Below are positions 24,795-32,000 of a stretch of DNA of 32,000 bases, one piece after another. Source of the stretch: Ktedonobacterales bacterium (GTDB lineage: Bacteria; Chloroflexota; Ktedonobacteria; Ktedonobacterales; JADMIN01); the NCBI GenBank assembly GCA_030167145.1, contig CP126532.1:1980001-2012000 (forward strand). Direction: 5' to 3'. Positions within the stretch are counted from its first letter, which is position 1. The number at the start of each line of letters is the position of its first letter. The position numbers and the translations under genes are program-made. The notes beneath the pieces were generated by a model. It was not told the origin of the DNA, made no database searches, and worked only from the letters and a program-made list of their open reading frames with translations.

Positions 24795-24863
24795 CCGCTC
24801 CGTCACTCCGGCTTTCCTAATCGTACCTTGACATGACGATCGGGGGCAGCGCCGCTCAGGCCG

Positions 24864-24950
24864 TTCAGCGTATACGCTGGCCTGCCCGGCCCACGTGCGC
24901 CTGCCGGTCGTCTCGTCATTTTCAGCGTATCACAGCGTAGTTCAGCGCAT
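24864..24950 (+). promoter_or_regulatory. Candidate operator set upstream of lon: a 14-bp perfect palindrome CAGCGTATACGCTG plus two TTCAGCGYAT half-sites
   Basis: TTCAGCGTAT occurs at 24864..24873, within the palindrome at 24866..24879. TTCAGCGTAT recurs at 24921..24930 and TTCAGCGCAT at 24941..24950. The last two are 20 bp apart. Confidence 0.35.
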
Positions 24951-25069
24951 ACCGGGCGCGTTCGTCCGGCACAATGGCGGCCCGCGAGGAGGCGAGACCG
25001 CTAGCGAAGTCATCTCATCAGCAACAGCATCAGGAACCTGATACGAACTAGAACGAGGGTATCGTCTAT

Positions 25070-27712
<2,643 letters not shown>

Positions 27713-27729
27713 GCCGCGCTCGCGCAGAA

Positions 27730-27768
27730 CAGCCGCCCCGAATGCCGCGCTGGTGTTCGGGGCGGCTG
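27730..27768 (+). terminator. lon 3' stem-loop with a 13-bp stem and no U-tract
   Basis: CAGCCGCCCCGAA (27730..27742) pairs perfectly with TTCGGGGCGGCTG (27756..27768). The stem-loop begins 18 nt after the lon stop and abuts an R2 repeat copy. Confidence 0.5.
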
Positions 27769-27815
27769 GCGGTTCAAACCGCGCGACGGGCGTCCACCGG
27801 ACGCCCCTACGACCG
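27767..27815 (+). repeat. Family R2 intergenic repeat copy
   Basis: GCGGTTCAAACCGC is at 27769..27782 and GGGCGTCCACCGGACGCCC at 27788..27806, followed by CTACGACCGCGAG. It is near-identical to 15890..15945. Confidence 0.85.
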
Positions 27816-27908
27816 CGAGAGTACCGCCTGCGCGGGTTCGGGATACACCAAGGCAAATGAGAGACTCTGGGGTTCGGGCAGGGCTGCTTCTTCGCTGGTT
27901 GCGTTTGC

Positions 27909-27917
27909 TGCTATAAT
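27909..27917 (+). promoter_or_regulatory. Extended -10 promoter (TGCTATAAT) for the downstream oxidoreductase gene
   Basis: A perfect TGnTATAAT lies about 60 nt upstream of ATG 27978. Confidence 0.5.
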
Positions 27918-27977
27918 GCTCCTCAACATCTGGCGCCAACGTAGCGCCGGGGACGCGACAGCAGAGGAGCGGACCTG

Positions 27978-29552
27978 ATGAGTTCTCCTACCGATCAGGC
28001 TGATGTTCTCATCATCGGCGCGGGCCATAATGGTCTTGTCGCGGCGGGCTACCTGGCGCGCGCTGGATTGCGTGTGATGGTGCTCGAACAGCGCGACCGC
28101 GTGGGCGGCGCATGCACACTGGAAGAGCCGTTCCCTGGCTTCACGATGTCGCCGTGCGCCTATGTGATGAGCCTGCTGCGCCCCGAAATCATCCGTGATC
28201 TGGAATTGCATCGCTATGGCTTCGATGCGTATGTCAAAGACCCGCAGATGTTCGTGCCCTTCCTCGACGGGACGTATCTGCTCTTCCACGCTAGCACGCA
28301 AAAGACGATAGAGGAGTTCCGCAAGTTCTCCGCTCGCGACGCCGAAGCCTATCCCCGGTTCGTCCGCTTTTTCGAGCGCGCGTCTGAAATCCTGAATCCG
28401 ATTCTGCTGGAAGAACCGCCATCGGTGGCGGACCTGGCGGCGCGCTTTCGGGGTGAGGACGAAGAGATCTACCGCTGGCTGATGTTCGGCAGCATGAGCG
28501 ATCTGGTCGCCTCGTACTTCGAGTCGGACCAGGTGCGCGCGGCGTTTGGTGGTCATGGGGTGATCGGCTCGTTCATCGGGCCGAAGTCGCCCGGCTCGGT
28601 TTATGTCGCCTGGCACCATGCGTTCGGCGAGGTCAACGGGCAGAAGGGGATGTGGGGCTATGTACGCGGCGGGATGGGGCGCATCAGCTTCGCGCTGGCG
28701 GCATCAGCGGAGGCGCACGGCGCGGTGATTCGCACGGACGCGCGTATCGCGCGCATCCTGATCGCCGATGGCCGCGCGGAGGGTGTGCGGCTGGAGAATG
28801 GCGAAGAGCTACGGGCGCGGGCGGTCCTCTCCAACGCTGATCCCAAACGCACCTTCCTGCATCTGTGTGACGAGCGCGAACTCGATGCCGATTTCCTGCG
28901 GCGCATCGCGCAATTCAAGACCGAAAGCGGTGTCTTCAAGCTGAATATCGCCCTGAAAGAACTGCCAAGCTTTTCTTGCCTTCCTGGAACGGAACCGGGA
29001 CCGCAGCACGCTGGTTCCTGCGACATCACTCCTACGCCCGATTGGGTGCAGGACGCCTTTAACGATGCCATGCGCGGCGAGCTATCGCGCAAGCCGTATA
29101 TCGAAGCCTATATGCAGTCGGCGACTGATCCCACCGTCGCGCCCACGGGATATCACACGATCTCGATGTTCTGCCAGTGGGCGCCGTATCACCTGAAGGA
29201 CCGCGAGTGGTCGGAGGATGTGAAGAACGAGGCGGCTGACCGCGCCATCGCCACGATGACCGAGTTGGCGCCGAATTTCGCCGATGCGGTCATTGCGAAG
29301 CAGGTGCTTGGGCCGCACGACATCGAAGCGCGCTATGGGCTAACCGACGGCAACATCTTCCAGGGCGAGATCACGCCGGACCAACTTTTCTCGCTGCGCC
29401 CCACGCCGGAATGTGCGCGTTACCGCACGCCCATCGCGGGGCTGTATCTCTGTGGTTCCGGCGTTCACCCTGGCGGCGGCGTGATGGGCGCACCCGGCCA
29501 CAACGCGGCTAAGGCGCTATTGAACGACTGGGCTACCCAACGCACAATCTGA
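27978..29552 (+). CDS. CrtI-superfamily NAD(P)/FAD-dependent oxidoreductase (CrtO/PYROXD2-like)
   Basis: Full ORF with GAGGAG 9 nt upstream. The N-terminal VLIIGAGHNGLVAAGYLARAGLRVMVLEQRDRVGGA is characteristic. The length of 524 aa fits, and the C-terminal GLYLCGSGVHPGGGVMGAPG is the FAD-binding signature of the family. Confidence 0.85.
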   Translation: MSSPTDQADVLIIGAGHNGLVAAGYLARAGLRVMVLEQRDRVGGACTLEEPFPGFTMSPCAYVMSLLRPEIIRDLELHRYGFDAYVKDPQMFVPFLDGTYLLFHASTQKTIEEFRKFSARDAEAYPRFVRFFERASEILNPILLEEPPSVADLAARFRGEDEEIYRWLMFGSMSDLVASYFESDQVRAAFGGHGVIGSFIGPKSPGSVYVAWHHAFGEVNGQKGMWGYVRGGMGRISFALAASAEAHGAVIRTDARIARILIADGRAEGVRLENGEELRARAVLSNADPKRTFLHLCDERELDADFLRRIAQFKTESGVFKLNIALKELPSFSCLPGTEPGPQHAGSCDITPTPDWVQDAFNDAMRGELSRKPYIEAYMQSATDPTVAPTGYHTISMFCQWAPYHLKDREWSEDVKNEAADRAIATMTELAPNFADAVIAKQVLGPHDIEARYGLTDGNIFQGEITPDQLFSLRPTPECARYRTPIAGLYLCGSGVHPGGGVMGAPGHNAAKALLNDWATQRTI

Positions 29553-29573
29553 CGGCACTGGCGTGGGTACAAT

Positions 29574-30062
29574 TTAGTGGTTATGCTCCGCGTCTTCGGC
29601 CAAGTCCAGCGCGAGTACGCTGGCGAGGATGAGCACATCGTCCTCGCCGGGAGCGGTCTCGACGCCATAGGTGTCGGTGAAACTCATCCATGCCTTCGAG
29701 ACTGTGGCAATCACCTGATCGCCGCGCATCATGGTAAAGTCGTGGTCAAAGAGACTTCCAGAGATCTCAAGGTCGTCCGGGCCGGGAATATCCACAGTGA
29801 AACGATCAATGAATGGCGTGAACAGGTGCTTGCGTATCTCCGCTACCTCCTGCCCGTGCCGCGTGATCTCATAGGTTGGGGTGAAGGTCAAGAGTTGTTT
29901 GCGAATCGTCGCAACTTCAATGCCCGCCAAGTCGTACATGACCAGCGTGTTGTGCAGGCTGAAGATACTGCCATTGACGCGAAAAACCGGTTGTCCGGCC
30001 TCGTCGGTGATATCCGAATCCTCGGCTAAATGGAACAACTTCTCACGAATCACATAACGCAT
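29574..30062 (-). CDS. LURP-one-related / YxjI-like (tubby C-terminal-like fold) protein
   Basis: Full ORF with AGGAGG 9 nt upstream. At 162 aa, its layout resembles B. subtilis YxjI and PF04525 members. Matching segments are KLFHLAEDSDITDEAGQPVFRVNGSIFSL, FTPTYEI, F.I.G...D.DF.., and the acidic tail ILASVLALDLAED. Confidence 0.7.
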   Translation of the reverse strand: MRYVIREKLFHLAEDSDITDEAGQPVFRVNGSIFSLHNTLVMYDLAGIEVATIRKQLLTFTPTYEITRHGQEVAEIRKHLFTPFIDRFTVDIPGPDDLEISGSLFDHDFTMMRGDQVIATVSKAWMSFTDTYGVETAPGEDDVLILASVLALDLAEDAEHNH

Positions 30063-30295
30063 GGCGGGGAGCCTCCTGTCTGGGTGGCATCACGTGGCCG
30101 GTAGCGCCGCGCCCAGCCAGTGTAGCACATGCGCTCGTGCCGCATTCGCTGTGATTGCAGCGCCATTCCATCACCGGTATGACATGCCTGCGTCATGTGC
30201 CGCGTATTTCATAGTGAGGCGGTTGCCACGCTATGCGATACAATGCGCTGGCAATCTGTCTCGCATTGCGTCCGATGTTTCTGAAATGAAGTGGT

Positions 30296-32000
30296 ATGCC
30301 TGCACGCGCGACCAGTGTGACGAATCCAGCGGCGGAGACCGACGTGGATCCCGGTCTGCTCGCCACCAAACTCTACGTGCCGCACCCGCGTGCGAACTGG
30401 GTGCGTCGCCCGCGCCTGCTCGCGCGGCTGGATGACGCGCTACACTGCCAGCTCACGCTGATCTCGGCACCGCCCGGCAGTGGTAAGACGACGCTGCTGG
30501 CGGCCTGGCATGCCAGCCCTACCGGCAAGCGCTTCCCGCTCGCCTGGGTTTCGCTTGACGAGGGCGACAATGATCCGGTGCGCTTCTGGCGCTATGTTCT
30601 GGCGGCGCTGCGAAGCGTCCATGCTGGCCTGGGCGCTGGCGCGTTGGCGCTGCTTCGGGCACCACAGTCTCCGGCGATAGAGACCGTGCTGGCCGCGCTG
30701 CTCAACGACCTGGCGCTGCTGCAAGACGATCTGCTGCTGGTTCTGGACGACTATCACCGCATCACGGACGCATCAGTGGAGGCGGGACTGGTGTATCTGC
30801 TGGAGCATCTGCCGCCACACGCGCATCTGGCACTCATCACGCGCATTGATCCGCCGCTGCCGCTGGCGAGCCTGCGCGCCCGTGGCCAGCTCATCGAGCT
30901 ACGCGCCGCCGATCTGCGGTTTACTGCGGCTGAGGCGGGCGATTTCTTGCGGGATGGCATGGGTCTCGCGCTCGCGCCAGAGGCCGTGGCCGCGCTCGAA
31001 GCGCGTACTGAGGGCTGGATCGCCGGTATTCAGCTTGCCGCGCTGGCTATGCGCCAGAGCAATGACATCACTGGCTTCCTCGCCACGTTTCAGGGCAGCA
31101 ACCGCTATGTTTTCGACTACCTGACCGAGGAGGCGCTGCGCCACCAACCGGCCGCCGTGCAGTCTTTCTTGCTGCACACGGCGATTCTCGACCGCTTCTG
31201 CGCGCCCCTCTGCGAGAGCGTCACGGGCGAGCGCGGCAGCCGCGAGATGCTCGCCACGGTGGAGCGCGCCAATCTCTTCGTCGTTCCGCTGGACAACGAC
31301 CGCCGTTGGTATCGCTACCACCATCTCTTCGGCGAATTCCTGCGGCAGCGCCTTGCGGAGACCCAGCCGGAGCAGGTGCGCGCGCTGCACCTGCGCGCCG
31401 CCGCGTGGCACGAACGCAACGGCTCGCTCCCGGAAGCGATTGAGCATCTGCTGGCCGCGCCCGCAGAAGAAGACGCGGCGCTGTTGATCGAACGCTATTT
31501 CGAAGAGATGCAAGAGCGCAGCGAGGTGGGGTCGCTGCTGCGCTGGTGCGCCGCGCTGCCCGAAGCCATCGCCCGCGCACACCCCTATCTGAATCTCGCC
31601 TCGGCCTGGATGCTCCTCGCTGCCGCGCGGTATGACGCCATCGAGCCGAAGCTTCAGGTTATTGAGCGGGCGCTGGATGAGGCACGCGCGGGCGGCGATA
31701 CGGAACCGTTGCGACGCGGCGCCACCGATTATCAGGGGCAGGTCTACGCGATTCGTTCCAACATCGCGCTGAACCTGGGCGACCCGGAACAGGCCATCGC
31801 GCTGGCGCAACTCGCGCTGGAACAGTTGACGGCAGAGGACGCGCTACCGCGCAGTGTGGTGGCGCTGAATCTGGCCGATGCCTACCACGACCGCGACGAA
31901 CTGGCCGCCGCCAGCGCGCTCTACCAGGAAACGCTGACGCTGTGTGCGCGTATTGGCAATGCGCCCATCGCCGTCAATGCCGCCAGCAACCTCGGCCAGC
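30296..32000 (+). CDS. MalT-like / LuxR-family STAND ATPase regulator, 5' part that runs off the window
   Basis: This ORF is not in the supplied track because it has no stop within the window. I translated it by hand from ATG 30296, which is the first start after an in-frame TGA at 30287. The translation reads MPARATSVTNPAAETDVDPGLLATKLYVPHPRANWVRRPRLLARLD. Walker A is SAPPGSGKTTLL and Walker B is LVLDDYHRITD. It continues with EGWIAGIQLAALA, NRYVFDYLTEE, RANLFVVPLD..RRWYRYHHLF and then TPR-like repeats. Confidence 0.85.
   Translation, partial: MPARATSVTNPAAETDVDPGLLATKLYVPHPRANWVRRPRLLARLDDALHCQLTLISAPPGSGKTTLLAAWHASPTGKRFPLAWVSLDEGDNDPVRFWRYVLAALRSVHAGLGAGALALLRAPQSPAIETVLAALLNDLALLQDDLLLVLDDYHRITDASVEAGLVYLLEHLPPHAHLALITRIDPPLPLASLRARGQLIELRAADLRFTAAEAGDFLRDGMGLALAPEAVAALEARTEGWIAGIQLAALAMRQSNDITGFLATFQGSNRYVFDYLTEEALRHQPAAVQSFLLHTAILDRFCAPLCESVTGERGSREMLATVERANLFVVPLDNDRRWYRYHHLFGEFLRQRLAETQPEQVRALHLRAAAWHERNGSLPEAIEHLLAAPAEEDAALLIERYFEEMQERSEVGSLLRWCAALPEAIARAHPYLNLASAWMLLAAARYDAIEPKLQVIERALDEARAGGDTEPLRRGATDYQGQVYAIRSNIALNLGDPEQAIALAQLALEQLTAEDALPRSVVALNLADAYHDRDELAAASALYQETLTLCARIGNAPIAVNAASNLGQ

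Noticed and set aside
24828-24833. Consensus TTGACA downstream of clpX as a lon -35 box
   Set aside because: The sequence 16-19 nt downstream (GCCGCT and neighbouring positions) has no -10-like hexamer. It is not called as a promoter.

Overview
High-GC bacterial chromosomal segment. Hand-counted 60-nt lines in typical genes give about 63% G+C or more. Genes have Shine-Dalgarno leaders and several promoters have extended -10 boxes (TGnTATAAT/TATACT). I cannot assign a taxon from sequence alone.

Gene content, left to right:
- Eis-like GNAT acetyltransferase, a small membrane protein and a membrane-anchored alpha/beta hydrolase.
- An HTH(XRE)-AAA_16/STAND-TPR regulator whose stop codon interlocks with that of a convergent GAF-PAS-class III nucleotidyl cyclase.
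- A lipoprotein, a clear DinD homologue and a DedA membrane protein.
- An OmpR-type response regulator with its histidine kinase.
- rnhB and rplS.
- An orphan HicB-like antitoxin.
- A translationally coupled CrtI-superfamily FAD oxidoreductase plus a membrane fatty-acid-desaturase-family gene.
- tRNA-Leu(UAG).
- tig-clpX-lon, with no clpP.
- A second CrtI/CrtO-like oxidoreductase, a YxjI/LURP-one-related protein and the 5' part of a MalT-like STAND regulator.

Most unusual items:
1. An AT-richer two-gene insertion of about 2.2 kb (about 47% G+C, 19.03-21.21 kb), bracketed by a short direct repeat and sitting beside tRNA-Leu. It encodes a PIN-like protein interrupted by an in-frame TAA, and a divergent pentapeptide-repeat protein with a K-channel-like C-terminal membrane module.
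2. Several families of hairpin-bearing intergenic repeats, including a tandem array of 4 hairpins with fully compensated stem substitutions (9557-9760).
3. A perfect 14-bp palindrome plus phased half-sites upstream of lon.

I recognised no CRISPR array, rRNA, transposase or integrase. Many long ORFs in the supplied track are antisense artefacts of the high G+C content.
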